Part shown: piece by piece, positions 1 through 9,475 of the stretch | Layout: each line of letters opens with the position of its first letter | Position numbering within the stretch: the first letter of the stretch is position 1 | Source of the DNA: Candidatus Woesearchaeota archaeon | GTDB lineage: Archaea > Nanobdellota > Nanobdellia > Woesearchaeales > GW2011-AR9 | Length of the DNA: 64,000 bases | Assembly (NCBI GenBank): GCA_018655525.1 | Contig: JABIJM010000030.1 | Coordinates: forward strand, 28,083-92,082 | Reading direction: 5' to 3' | The notes under the pieces: generated by a model | What the model was told of the DNA's origin: nothing | Seen by the model: the letters and a program-made list of their open reading frames with translations, nothing else | Database searches by the model: none | Program-made: the position numbers and the translations under genes

Positions 1-418
1 TAAGTTGATAATTATTTGCTTCTATTGCCAATTCTCGTTCTTCTGTTCCTTCAGGCATTGAAACTGCAAATGAAAACTTTGTTTCTCCTTTAAATTCTAA
101 TTTAACAGTCCTAATTAACCTTCCTATAGCTAAATCAACCCCTTTAGTTTTACTGATTGCTTTCTCGTCAGCTTCTGTTAAAGGTTCAGAAACACCAGCT
201 CCTGGTGGACCAAAACCACCTCCTGCTGCTTGCACAATTAATTTATCAGTTCCCAACTGTACAAACTGTTGAGCCACTGCATCTTGAAGACCTTGACTTA
301 GAGAAATTAACGCTACAACCGCAGCAATTCCAATAAATATACCAATCATGGTTAACCAAGAACGAAGTTTACGTTGTTTAACGTTTCTATATCCTAACCG
401 AAAATAATCTTTAATCAT
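1..418 (-). CDS. ABC transporter permease, FtsX/MacB family (N-terminal part; gene runs off window start)
   Basis: Minus-strand ATG at 416-418 gives MIKDYFRLGYRNVKQRKLRSWLTMIGIFIGIAAVVALISLSQG..., the typical FtsX/MacB N-terminus (basic stretch then TM1). Not in the ORF track because it is truncated by the window edge. Confidence 0.55.
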   Translation of the reverse strand, partial: MIKDYFRLGYRNVKQRKLRSWLTMIGIFIGIAAVVALISLSQGLQDAVAQQFVQLGTDKLIVQAAGGGFGPPGAGVSEPLTEADEKAISKTKGVDLAIGRLIRTVKLEFKGETKFSFAVSMPEGTEERELAIEANNYQL

Positions 419-426
419 CCGTAGAC

Positions 427-1710
427 CTATTTCTTCTTTTTCGCATTAAATGTGAAACCAAAGATTTTAAGAGGCCGATTTTTCTTTTTATAATTCCGAT
501 AGTAGTAATAATACAATCCACCGAGTACAATTAAAATGAACACGAAGAAGCCAGTACTACTTTTTTCAATGATTCCAAATTTCTTTAATTCTGAGGTAGA
601 ATATAAGTCAAAGGTCAAATCAAACTGTTGTTGGAATGGTTTATTATTTGAATCAACATATTTTAATTTAACAGGAACATGTAGCACATCCCTTCTTTTA
701 TTCACATAAACATCAAGCTCTTCACTTTCTGTATCATCAGAATCTATATCACCAATGTAAAAATAATTTGTAGGAGAAACCAATTTATAATCTTCTGATT
801 CTTCTAAAATTAATTCTACAAATTTTACATCTGCAGTCCCTGCATTCGCAATTCCAAGTGTAATTTTTCCAGATTCACCTGATTGAAAAACCGTAGTTTT
901 CTTAATAAAAGGACGAACTTTAGGGACATCCCCCACAGAAACTGCTAAAAAGTCATCAAGAGAATATGCACTTCCTTTCTCATCATTATATGTAATGGTC
1001 ACTGGAACTTTATATAATCCAGGTGTTGCATCAGGTTTTGCAATAATCCGAAATGTTAACGCATCTTGAAAATCATTATTTAAGTTAGAGATTCTCCTTT
1101 CAGAAGAACTTTGGAATGGTGCTAATGGAATATCGTCACCATCAAAATCTAATTTGAATTTAATATCTTTTAATAAAGAATCTGCTTCATTTTTGACAAC
1201 AATCGTTACTTTAGCATCTTCTCCTGGTGCAACTTGTTCTGGTTCAGATTTAATAGAAATAATATCTAAGATTGCATCCTGTGTTTGCACATCAATTAAA
1301 AATTGATCATCAACAAATGTTACTGAATTTGTGCCTAAGTTTACTTCTACTTCTAATTCAAGATCACCTTCAACTGCATCCTCATCAACTTTCAAGGTAA
1401 AAGTAACATATTCTGCATCTGCTCCGGTAGAACTTGCACGTAATTTCCCGAGGTTTTTAGAAGCTGATTCCCCGTACATTTTAAAGGGATATTTTGGATG
1501 TAAAGTCATAATTGCATCTTTATTTGTTTCTTCAGCTTGATTCTCTATTTTAAACTTCACATCAAAAATTTGACCGGGTTCAACTGGATCAGGGGTCTGT
1601 GAAACTAATGTGACAGAGATATCTGAAACGTCTGCAACTGCCAAAGGAATTAATGACAAAAGAAAAATGCTAAGTACAACTAATAAAATTGTTTTTTTTG
1701 AAACCACCAT
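427..1710 (-). CDS. Secreted or cell-surface protein with N-terminal signal/TM, beta-sandwich (CARDB-like) repeats, C-terminal TM and a short basic tail
   Basis: N-terminal hydrophobic segment, acidic repetitive body, C-terminal FFVFILIVLGGLYYYY TM followed by a KKKNRPLK tail. It lies directly upstream of the FtsX-type permease on the same strand. Confidence 0.45.
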   Translation of the reverse strand: MVVSKKTILLVVLSIFLLSLIPLAVADVSDISVTLVSQTPDPVEPGQIFDVKFKIENQAEETNKDAIMTLHPKYPFKMYGESASKNLGKLRASSTGADAEYVTFTLKVDEDAVEGDLELEVEVNLGTNSVTFVDDQFLIDVQTQDAILDIISIKSEPEQVAPGEDAKVTIVVKNEADSLLKDIKFKLDFDGDDIPLAPFQSSSERRISNLNNDFQDALTFRIIAKPDATPGLYKVPVTITYNDEKGSAYSLDDFLAVSVGDVPKVRPFIKKTTVFQSGESGKITLGIANAGTADVKFVELILEESEDYKLVSPTNYFYIGDIDSDDTESEELDVYVNKRRDVLHVPVKLKYVDSNNKPFQQQFDLTFDLYSTSELKKFGIIEKSSTGFFVFILIVLGGLYYYYYRNYKKKNRPLKIFGFTFNAKKKK

Positions 1711-1792
1711 TTTTAAGTGTAGGAGAACTTTATAATTTATAAATGTTCTGATAAAGGTAAGATTAATAAAGGAATTTGCTTTTATTTCTTCA

Positions 1793-2602
1793 ATGGAATT
1801 TAAAGTTGAACGTAAAGGAAACGAAAATATTCATAAATATCCTACAGAAGATCTCAAGGTTGCAGAGAAATTCTCAGATGCGTTAAAGAAAGAGCTTCAT
1901 GAATTCTTAATAGGTGTTGTTGCTTTTGGAAGCAGAGCACGGCGTGAAGCAAAAGAAACAAGTGATATTGATATTCTTGTCATCATGGATGATGTTACAT
2001 TTGTAATCACAGAACCCATGGTTGAAAGTTACAAATTAATCGTAGATAATATTATTAGAAAAACATCTATGAGGTTGCATATAACATCCATGACATTAAC
2101 ATCTTTCTGGGAACATGTGAAAGTAGGTGACCCAATTACAGTTAATATTTTAAGAGATGGCGTTGCAATTATTGATCAAGGAATGTTTGATCCACTTCAA
2201 AAATTATTAAAACAAGGAAGAATCCGCCCATCTGAAGAATCAGTGTGGCGATATTACGGACGATCTCCAAAAACCTTATTAAATTCTAGATGGCATGTAT
2301 TGCAAGGTATGTTAGATCTTTATTGGGCTGTGATTGATGCAGCACATGCAGCATTAATGCGTGCGAATCAAATCCCTCCAACACCGGAACATGTCGCAGA
2401 TTTACTTGAAAAAGTCTATGTCAAACCTAAAAAATTAGAAAAAAAATACGCTGATACTATGCGTAAGTTCTACAGATTAAGTAAAGCAATTACACATAGA
2501 GAAATTAAATATGTAACAGGTTTAGAATTTGAAAAGAATTACAAAGAAGCCGATGACTTCGTTAAAAGAATGAAGAAATTAATTGAACACAATAGTCATT
2601 AA
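1793..2602 (+). CDS. Fused minimal nucleotidyltransferase (MNT) plus HEPN-like domain protein
   Basis: GSRARREAKETSDIDILVIMDD is the pol-beta-type NTase motif (GS...DxD). The C-terminal helical region (LQGMLDLYWAVIDAAHAALMRANQIP) is HEPN-like. Confidence 0.5.
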   Translation: MEFKVERKGNENIHKYPTEDLKVAEKFSDALKKELHEFLIGVVAFGSRARREAKETSDIDILVIMDDVTFVITEPMVESYKLIVDNIIRKTSMRLHITSMTLTSFWEHVKVGDPITVNILRDGVAIIDQGMFDPLQKLLKQGRIRPSEESVWRYYGRSPKTLLNSRWHVLQGMLDLYWAVIDAAHAALMRANQIPPTPEHVADLLEKVYVKPKKLEKKYADTMRKFYRLSKAITHREIKYVTGLEFEKNYKEADDFVKRMKKLIEHNSH

Positions 2603-2604
2603 AA

Positions 2605-3030
2605 ATGAGATTTCTTAAAACAATTTATAGATTATTTCAACCAGTAGACCCCATAGTTTCTAAAAATTTAAAATTGATGGAGAGTGTGGAAGAAGGAGGC
2701 CTTCAAGATTTAGTTACGCAAGAAAGTGCAGGTGGTAATGCAGGGTCATTCCAGGGAAAACTTTGCGCAGGTGCAAACTTCCATTTTGATGAAACTGGAT
2801 TAATTCATGAATTTACAAATGATCCGTCAAAAAAGTATTTTGAAGGACGATTCAAAATTAAAACTGGAATCCCATCGGATATGCGAACTGTTGATTTCGA
2901 TAATTACCGTGAACAATCTAATGAATCAAACAAAATTATCAGAACTGAATATGATTCCCCTAATGTTCCAAAAGAAGCAAAAATAATGATTGAATTAAGT
3001 GTGAAATTGTATAATGAATTACGAGAATAG
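2605..3030 (+). CDS. Hypothetical protein, translationally coupled to the MNT-HEPN gene (starts 3 nt after its stop)
   Basis: ORF with coding-like composition. No recognisable motif. Confidence 0.35.
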   Translation: MRFLKTIYRLFQPVDPIVSKNLKLMESVEEGGLQDLVTQESAGGNAGSFQGKLCAGANFHFDETGLIHEFTNDPSKKYFEGRFKIKTGIPSDMRTVDFDNYREQSNESNKIIRTEYDSPNVPKEAKIMIELSVKLYNELRE

Positions 3031-3066
3031 ATATAAAATTACTTTAAAAAAATAAGAAAGAAATTA

Positions 3067-3363
3067 TTATCCCATTAAATCTGTGAGATATTTTGGAGCC
3101 CTAAGATTTTCAATTTCTCTTGGAAGTGGCGTCTCAGTTAACGCATCATGTAAATACCCCATCATTTTTGCGTGATACATAAATTCTCCACCTTCATGAT
3201 CCAAAGGAACATCTGGAAGACAGATGGAGGGACTAATATAATCAGTATCATGTACTGTACGATTTGGTTCACGCCCACCTGAAATAGCGTCTAACCTACT
3301 TGCCACATAACTCATATCATGTACAATTTGAATCCTATGTTCTAAACTTAATACCATTTTCAA
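3067..3363 (-). CDS. Hypothetical small protein
   Basis: 98-aa ORF, His/Asp-rich (LDHEGGEFMYH). No firm family. Confidence 0.3.
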   Translation of the reverse strand: MKMVLSLEHRIQIVHDMSYVASRLDAISGGREPNRTVHDTDYISPSICLPDVPLDHEGGEFMYHAKMMGYLHDALTETPLPREIENLRAPKYLTDLMG

Positions 3364-3467
3364 CTTCTAATATTTTATTAGTATTTAAGGTGAATACAGA
3401 ATATATAAAGGTTATTAAACACAACCATCACTAGAAACATTTAAGAATCACTTCTTCTTTCTAATTC

Positions 3468-5171
3468 TTGATGAAAGACACTGTAAGAAAATTTGTTTTG
3501 AAAAATGCATTAGATTTCAAAGGAAGCGTGAATCCAAAAGCAATTTTAGGTTTAATTCTACGAAGTTCTCCAGAATTTAAAAAAGATTTTCAAAAGTTAA
3601 ACAAAGAGATTGAATCTTGTATTGCAGATATTAAAGATAAAGATCTCAAAGACATTAAAAAAGAATTAGAAAAATTAGATCCAAACCTTCTAAAAGAAAA
3701 AAAGAAAGAAGTGCCTAAAGGTCCACTTAAACCATTACGAAATGCAGAGAAAGGAAAGGTTGTTGTAAGAATTGCACCATCTCCTTCCGGTGCGTTACAT
3801 ATTGGACATGCTTATGGTTCTTCATTAAACGCATTATATGCACAAATGTATAATGGAAAATTTATTCTAAGAATTGAAGATACAAATCCTGAAAATATCT
3901 ATTCTGGTGCCTACAAACTCATAGAAGAAGATGCACAATGGTTAACAAATAACAATGTATCTCAAGTGATTATTCAATCTGAACGATTAGAAACATACTA
4001 CAAACATGCAAAAACGCTCGTTGATAAAGAAAATGCATATGTTTGCACATGCGATGCAGACACCTGGCGAGAGATGAAAAACAATGGTGAAGCGTGTGCC
4101 TGTAGAAGCTTACCAATAAAAGAACAGCAAGATCGTTATCAAAAAATGTTTAAGGGATTTGCGGAAGGTGAAGCCGTTTTACGTTTAAAAACAGATATTA
4201 AACATAAAAATCCCGCAATGCGAGATTTCGGATTAATGAGGATTAACGATCATTTGCATCCAAAAACAAAAAAAGCAAGCAGAGTGTGGCCATTGATGGT
4301 TCTTTCAGTTGCAATTGATGACCATGAACTCGGTGTAACTCATGTTCTCAATGGAAAAGATCATGCAGATAATGCAAAGAAAGAAACCATGATAATGGAA
4401 CTTCTAGGTTGGAAAGCACCTGAATATCAACATTGGGGAAGAATCAATTTTGAAGGATTTACATTAAGCACATCTAAAACAAGAATAGCAATTGAACAAA
4501 ATGAATATACAGGATGGGATGATGTACGCTTACCTTTTTTACCTGCATTACGTAAACGAGGATATCAATCAGGTGCATTCCAAAAATTCTCAAGTGAGAT
4601 TGGACTTTCACTTACTGATAAAACAGTAAGTGTAGAAGAATTCTGGAAAATGATTAATGCATTCAATAAAGATATCATTGAACCTACTTCAAACAGATAT
4701 TTCTTTGTAGAAGCACCAGTTAAAGTCACGATTAAAAATGCGCCTGAAAAAGAAGTAAAGATAGATTTACATCAAGAAGATAAAAAGCGAGGTGCACGAA
4801 CTTTACAAGGAAAAGGAAAAATTCTCATTCAGAAGAAAGACCGTAAAGATTTAGTTGAGAAAAGAACACACAGATTAATGGATTATTGCAATTTTGAAGT
4901 TAAAGGCGAAGGTGAAACGTTTTCTTCTCAAGATTATGAAGATTACAAAAATGCTGAAAACAAAGGAAAAATAATTCATTGGCTTCCAGATTCAAACGAT
5001 TTAATTAACGTAGAGATTATCATGGGAGACAATTCACGGTTACAAGGAAAAGGAGAATCTGGATTAAAAAATGTAAAAGAAGGTGACATCGTTCAATTTG
5101 AACGATTTGCCTTTGCCAGATTAGATAAAAAGGAAAAAAACAAGCTTGTATTTTGGTACTTGCATAAATAA
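3468..5171 (+). CDS. gltX: Glutamyl-tRNA synthetase, archaeal/eukaryotic type
   Basis: Class I HIGH motif (RIAPSPSGALHIGHAYG), LSTSKT (KMSKS-like), archaeal GluRS length and domain order. An AT-rich TATAAAGG box sits about 60 nt upstream. Confidence 0.85.
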   Translation: MMKDTVRKFVLKNALDFKGSVNPKAILGLILRSSPEFKKDFQKLNKEIESCIADIKDKDLKDIKKELEKLDPNLLKEKKKEVPKGPLKPLRNAEKGKVVVRIAPSPSGALHIGHAYGSSLNALYAQMYNGKFILRIEDTNPENIYSGAYKLIEEDAQWLTNNNVSQVIIQSERLETYYKHAKTLVDKENAYVCTCDADTWREMKNNGEACACRSLPIKEQQDRYQKMFKGFAEGEAVLRLKTDIKHKNPAMRDFGLMRINDHLHPKTKKASRVWPLMVLSVAIDDHELGVTHVLNGKDHADNAKKETMIMELLGWKAPEYQHWGRINFEGFTLSTSKTRIAIEQNEYTGWDDVRLPFLPALRKRGYQSGAFQKFSSEIGLSLTDKTVSVEEFWKMINAFNKDIIEPTSNRYFFVEAPVKVTIKNAPEKEVKIDLHQEDKKRGARTLQGKGKILIQKKDRKDLVEKRTHRLMDYCNFEVKGEGETFSSQDYEDYKNAENKGKIIHWLPDSNDLINVEIIMGDNSRLQGKGESGLKNVKEGDIVQFERFAFARLDKKEKNKLVFWYLHK

Positions 5172-5182
5172 GAGGGATAAAA

Positions 5183-5710
5183 ATGGGAAAAATTTCAAGA
5201 GATACGCCACTTGCAGAAATCACATTACGAAGATATGAAAAACCAACGATGAATGATCGGGATTTGGTGAGAAAATTATGTCTTTCTATTGGATTATTAC
5301 AACCGGGAGATTCACGAGATGTCGTTGTAGATGTTCTTCAAGTGTTATTACATGCGAAACAACGTCGTGAAGAATTACATTCTGAAGAAGTTAAAAATCT
5401 TGTAATGGACCATAGAAAACAAAAACAATTACCAATGTTAGGCGTTGCATCTTCAAATATAAGGCGTCAATTAAAACGACTTAAAGACCTTCATTTAATT
5501 GAAACAAATGCGAATTTGTACAGAATTAGCGAATGGAATAATATGACTGAAATCTTTGAAGAAAAAATCCACAACTTCCTTTTACAATCCGTTATTAGTA
5601 GAGTAAAAGATTACGTAGAGAAAATTGATCAAGAATTCTCTGTTGTCAAAGAAGAAGAATCCGTTAATGGTCAGAAGAATTTATTTGAAACACCTGTAAA
5701 AGAGGATTAA
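5183..5710 (+). CDS. Putative winged-helix DNA-binding protein (hypothetical)
   Basis: 175 aa. The central segment (GVASSNIRRQLKRLKDLHLIE..YRI) resembles a wHTH recognition helix plus wing. Starts 12 nt after gltX. Confidence 0.35.
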   Translation: MGKISRDTPLAEITLRRYEKPTMNDRDLVRKLCLSIGLLQPGDSRDVVVDVLQVLLHAKQRREELHSEEVKNLVMDHRKQKQLPMLGVASSNIRRQLKRLKDLHLIETNANLYRISEWNNMTEIFEEKIHNFLLQSVISRVKDYVEKIDQEFSVVKEEESVNGQKNLFETPVKED

Positions 5711-5916
5711 GGTTTAATAACAACTGTTTCAAGATTTCCTAGATCCTCAAATTGAATGTTACCTTCAGAAAAATTTTTTCTAAATCTAAGAAGATTTAAC
5801 CCTGCTTTTGAGATCTTAGAATTATAATCTCTGATTGCAAAATCGCGAGCAATTTGTCTCATGTAAGAAGCCCTTGCAGTAAATGGGTCCACATATTCTT
5901 TTTGATGATAAACCAT
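5707..5916 (-). CDS. Hypothetical small basic protein
   Basis: 69-aa ORF convergent with the upstream gene. No family recognised. Confidence 0.3.
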   Translation of the reverse strand: MVYHQKEYVDPFTARASYMRQIARDFAIRDYNSKISKAGLNLLRFRKNFSEGNIQFEDLGNLETVVIKP

Positions 5917-5928
5917 AAAAATAAAAAA

Positions 5929-6201
5929 TTAAATAATATCTTCTTCAGCTACGACAATAAAGTCACCTGAAGCAATTACAGCAGAGAAAGGAATTAAAAT
6001 TTGTCCATCTTTAGTTTTCTCTAATTCCATACGATCTGTGTAAGATGTTGGATTACGTAATAAAATATGAATTAATTCTCCTGAACCAACTTCAAAAATT
6101 AAATCACCTACGTGACCAAATTTTTTACCTGATTTTGAAACTATTGTTTTTCCTAGAAGTTCTTTTGAATAGACTTTATCTTTATCAACCATTATTTTCA
6201 C
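5929..6201 (-). CDS. PRC-barrel domain protein
   Basis: 90 aa. The GKxVxSKSGKKFGHVGDLIFEVGSGELIHILL pattern is typical of archaeal PRC-barrel proteins. Confidence 0.55.
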   Translation of the reverse strand: MKIMVDKDKVYSKELLGKTIVSKSGKKFGHVGDLIFEVGSGELIHILLRNPTSYTDRMELEKTKDGQILIPFSAVIASGDFIVVAEEDII

Positions 6202-6309
6202 CCTCTCAATTACTGTTTTTAGGTTGGATTGGTAAGTATATAAAGTTTACGGTAGTCCTACGTTTATAATTGACAAACTATATAAACATCATTTCAATTT
6301 AAGAGGACT

Positions 6310-7098
6310 ATGTGGATTCATACACTTAACCCAGTACTTCTTAGCTTAGGACCATTAGAAATCAGATGGTATGGCATATCCTACGTTCTTGGATTTTTTC
6401 TAACTATATGGTGGATGCAATACATGCGGAAAAAGGGAGAGTTAAATCTCTCTAAAGACGAAGTATGGGATTTTGGATTCTGGATTCTTGTTGGAGTGAT
6501 TGTAGGATCACGTTTATTTGAAGTATTCTGGGAACCAGCACTTTATCTTACAAATCCACTTAATTTTCTCTATATATGGAAAGGTGGCATGAGTTTTCAT
6601 GGTGGTTTTGTAGGAACACTTGTTGCAGTGTATTGGTATTCAAGAAAGAAGCATCTTAATATCGCAAAGGTCTTTGACATTCTTGCAGTACCAACAATAT
6701 TTGCATTAGGATTAGGAAGAATCGCAAATTTTTTCAATGGAGAATTATGGGGACGCCCATTTAATGGAAATTGGTGTGTAAACTTCAAAAATACAGGAGG
6801 AGGAGATGTATGCAGGCACCCTTCAACATTATATGCAGCTGGAAAAAGATTCCTTGTGTTTGGATGGTTGTTATTCCTTGCATTAAAAAATAAGTTCAAA
6901 CCAGGTTTCATTGCATTAAATTTTGTATTTTGGGAGGGGCTAGGACGATTTATCGTTGACTTTTACAGAGATGAAAAAGTATTTTATCTTGCAAACACCT
7001 TCACAATGGGACAAATCCTTAGTGCAATTATGGTAGTTGTAGCAGGTTGGATATTGTTAAAACATTACAACGCAGAATGGAAAAAGATTTTAAAGTAA
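6310..7098 (+). CDS. lgt: Prolipoprotein diacylglyceryl transferase
   Basis: N-terminus LGPLEIRWYGISYVLGF, GGMSFHGGFVG, and the Lgt signature LGRIANFFNGELWGRP. Multi-TM, 262 aa. Confidence 0.8.
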   Translation: MWIHTLNPVLLSLGPLEIRWYGISYVLGFFLTIWWMQYMRKKGELNLSKDEVWDFGFWILVGVIVGSRLFEVFWEPALYLTNPLNFLYIWKGGMSFHGGFVGTLVAVYWYSRKKHLNIAKVFDILAVPTIFALGLGRIANFFNGELWGRPFNGNWCVNFKNTGGGDVCRHPSTLYAAGKRFLVFGWLLFLALKNKFKPGFIALNFVFWEGLGRFIVDFYRDEKVFYLANTFTMGQILSAIMVVVAGWILLKHYNAEWKKILK

Positions 7099-7114
7099 GT
7101 TCTTTCTTAATGTT

Positions 7115-7474
7115 ATGAGACACATACTATTAATTGTAATTACCCTACTTTTTCTTGTTGGATGTTCACAAGAAGTTCAACAACCAATACAAGAATCCAC
7201 TGAACTCCCACTAGAAGTTGAATTTAGTAATCCGAATCCTAAAACACATCACATTTTAATTGACTATACTATGAAGCCATCAACATTAAACATCAATAAA
7301 GGAGATTCTGTAGTATGGTTAAATACACATGATTCTTATAGCAATTTAATCTTCAGTGAATTTGATATCATTATTCCTGGAAAAACAATCATAGAAAAAA
7401 CATTCCTAAGTGTCGGAGAATATTATTATACTGCTAAAGAAACTGGGAATAGTGGTATTGTGAGAGTTAATTGA
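7115..7474 (+). CDS. Putative lipoprotein with a cupredoxin-like beta-sandwich but no Cu ligands
   Basis: Signal peptide ending in the lipobox LVGC|S, 17 nt downstream of lgt. Plastocyanin-like GDSVVWLNTHDS segment, but no C-terminal Cys/His/Met copper ligands. Confidence 0.45.
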   Translation: MRHILLIVITLLFLVGCSQEVQQPIQESTELPLEVEFSNPNPKTHHILIDYTMKPSTLNINKGDSVVWLNTHDSYSNLIFSEFDIIIPGKTIIEKTFLSVGEYYYTAKETGNSGIVRVN

Positions 7475-7517
7475 AGAAAATGAATTTTCTTAAAATCAAA
7501 AGTGAACCACTTTAGAT

Positions 7518-9281
7518 TTAACTATAATACCAATTCCCATTGGATTTCTGTTCTCTATCTTTTACAGAATGCGGCTTATTGATTCTTGGTCTATTAGATG
7601 TAACATCTCTACGCAAGGTGATTCCAAGTTCTTTTAAGAAAAGATTCATTCCATCTTCCATCGAGAATGGGCCACGTAATAAACCTTCTTTTGCAGGAAC
7701 TCCTGTAAAAACTGCAAGTTTGTGAGATAAATTATCAAGAAACATTAAATCGTGATCTACAATGAGAATAGTGATATCTCGTTCAGCTGCAACATTTTTA
7801 ATTAATTTTGATACTGCAAGACGTTGCTCGATGTCAAGATATGCAGAAGGCTCATCCAATAAAAATAATTCAGCATCTTCAGCAAGACATTTGGCAATTG
7901 ATACTCGTTGTAATTCTCCACCAGAAAGATCACATAATTTTTGCGTAAACAATTTTTCTAAATCTAAATGATTCACAAGTTGAGCGCTATATTTTGCAAT
8001 CGCTTCATGAATATATTCCGCAACCAAAGTCTCAGATTCCGTATCTAAATATTGAGGTTTGTACGCAACTTTCACTTCAGAATCTAATTCTCCAGAATCT
8101 AATTTATGGACACCTGCAAGAAGTTTGATAAAAGTCGTTTTACCAATACCATTTTCTCCTAAAATACCGATCACTTCTCCTTTGTTAAGAGTTCCTTCTT
8201 CTGTCCTAAATTTAAAATTTCCTAATGTTAAACTAAGATTTTTCCATGAAATTAAAGGAACAGGAATTGCAGTAGACACGTCTTTAAATGTTTCAAATTT
8301 AATTGCTCTTGGTCTAAATCGTACATTTTCTTCTTTCAAAAATCCTTCTAAAAATGAATTAATTCCTTCTCGTGTACTTTTCACACCAGAAACAATTCCG
8401 AATGCTCCTTCATGACCATACATGATATTCAATAAATCAGTCATATAATCAAGAATAATTAAATCGTGTTCAATTACGATTGTTGAGGTATCTTCTTTAG
8501 CTAAGGATGCAATAAATTTTGAAATATTAATTCTCTGTTTAATATCTAAATAAGAAGTTGGCTCATCAAACAGAAATAAATTTGCCTCTTTTAAAACACA
8601 AGCAGCAATTGCAACTCTTTGCAACTCTCCACCTGAAACTTTTGAGATGTGAGTTTCTAAAAAATTTGTAAGTTCTAACTTTTCAGCCATTTCTTCAAGT
8701 TTATTCTTCGCATCAACTTTTGTTAATAATTCTCGTACAGTTCCATCAAACTGTTTAGGGATCAAATCAACTTGTTGAGGTTTATAAGAAAGATTAATTT
8801 CATTTTTACCAAGTTTCTCCATGAATTTTTGTGTTTCAGTACCTTTGAAATAATTAATAACTTCTTTGAAATCTGTATCTTTTTTCCAATCACCTAAATT
8901 AGGTGTAAGAATATTCGCCATGACTTTCATAGCGGTAGATTTTCCGATTCCATTCTTTCCAAGAATTCCCGTTACTTTTCCAAATAAAGGTGTAGGTAAA
9001 GAATAAAGTTCAAACATGTTTTCTCCATATCTATGAACGGGAGATTTTGTTAATGTACCTGGAAGATTAATAATTTGAATCGCACCATAAGGACATCGTG
9101 TAGGACAGATCCCACATCCTGTACAAAGAACTTCGTCTATCTTTGCTTTCTTATCAATTTCTCCTTCAGTGATACAATCTCCACCCATCCGATTTACAGG
9201 ACAAAGTTTCATACAGAGATAATTTCCACATTCTTGAGGGTGACATTTGTTCTTGTCAATAATCGCGATTCGCTTTTTCAT
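7518..9281 (-). CDS. abcE1: ABCE1 / RNase L inhibitor (ribosome recycling ATPase)
   Basis: N-terminal double 4Fe-4S ferredoxin motifs (CHPQECGNYLCMKLCP; CTGCGICPTRCP) followed by two ABC ATPase domains with Walker A, signature and Walker B. 587 aa. Confidence 0.9.
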   Translation of the reverse strand: MKKRIAIIDKNKCHPQECGNYLCMKLCPVNRMGGDCITEGEIDKKAKIDEVLCTGCGICPTRCPYGAIQIINLPGTLTKSPVHRYGENMFELYSLPTPLFGKVTGILGKNGIGKSTAMKVMANILTPNLGDWKKDTDFKEVINYFKGTETQKFMEKLGKNEINLSYKPQQVDLIPKQFDGTVRELLTKVDAKNKLEEMAEKLELTNFLETHISKVSGGELQRVAIAACVLKEANLFLFDEPTSYLDIKQRINISKFIASLAKEDTSTIVIEHDLIILDYMTDLLNIMYGHEGAFGIVSGVKSTREGINSFLEGFLKEENVRFRPRAIKFETFKDVSTAIPVPLISWKNLSLTLGNFKFRTEEGTLNKGEVIGILGENGIGKTTFIKLLAGVHKLDSGELDSEVKVAYKPQYLDTESETLVAEYIHEAIAKYSAQLVNHLDLEKLFTQKLCDLSGGELQRVSIAKCLAEDAELFLLDEPSAYLDIEQRLAVSKLIKNVAAERDITILIVDHDLMFLDNLSHKLAVFTGVPAKEGLLRGPFSMEDGMNLFLKELGITLRRDVTSNRPRINKPHSVKDREQKSNGNWYYS

Positions 9282-9475
9282 TCTATATGTATTCTGAAGT
9301 TCTTTTTATATTACTTTTGGTGTAGATTCTGTGAAGTGGATGAGCAGCGCCAATGGAGGCGCATTTTCTTACTTTAGTAAGGAAATCTACCGCGCCGTGC
9401 CCTGCTCATATAGAACGCACGGAATTTACACTACTTTTGGTAATCTTTTTAAAGAAAGACGTCACCCAGTGAATT

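Noticed and set aside
7540-9377. Antisense ORFs inside abcE1 (7540..7725, 7762..7971, 8059..8415, 9075..9377)
   Set aside because: They lie entirely within a highly conserved gene on the other strand. Ser/Pro/Asn-rich compositions are typical of antisense frames.
9338-9415. tRNA, C/D-box sRNA or fluoride riboswitch interpretation of the GC-rich element
   Set aside because: No 7-bp acceptor plus T-arm can be formed. No RUGAUGA/CUGA boxes. The GCGCC-AATGGA-GGCGC hairpin superficially recalls the crcB motif, but the downstream pseudoknot and GCUGAUGAUGCCUAC elements are absent.
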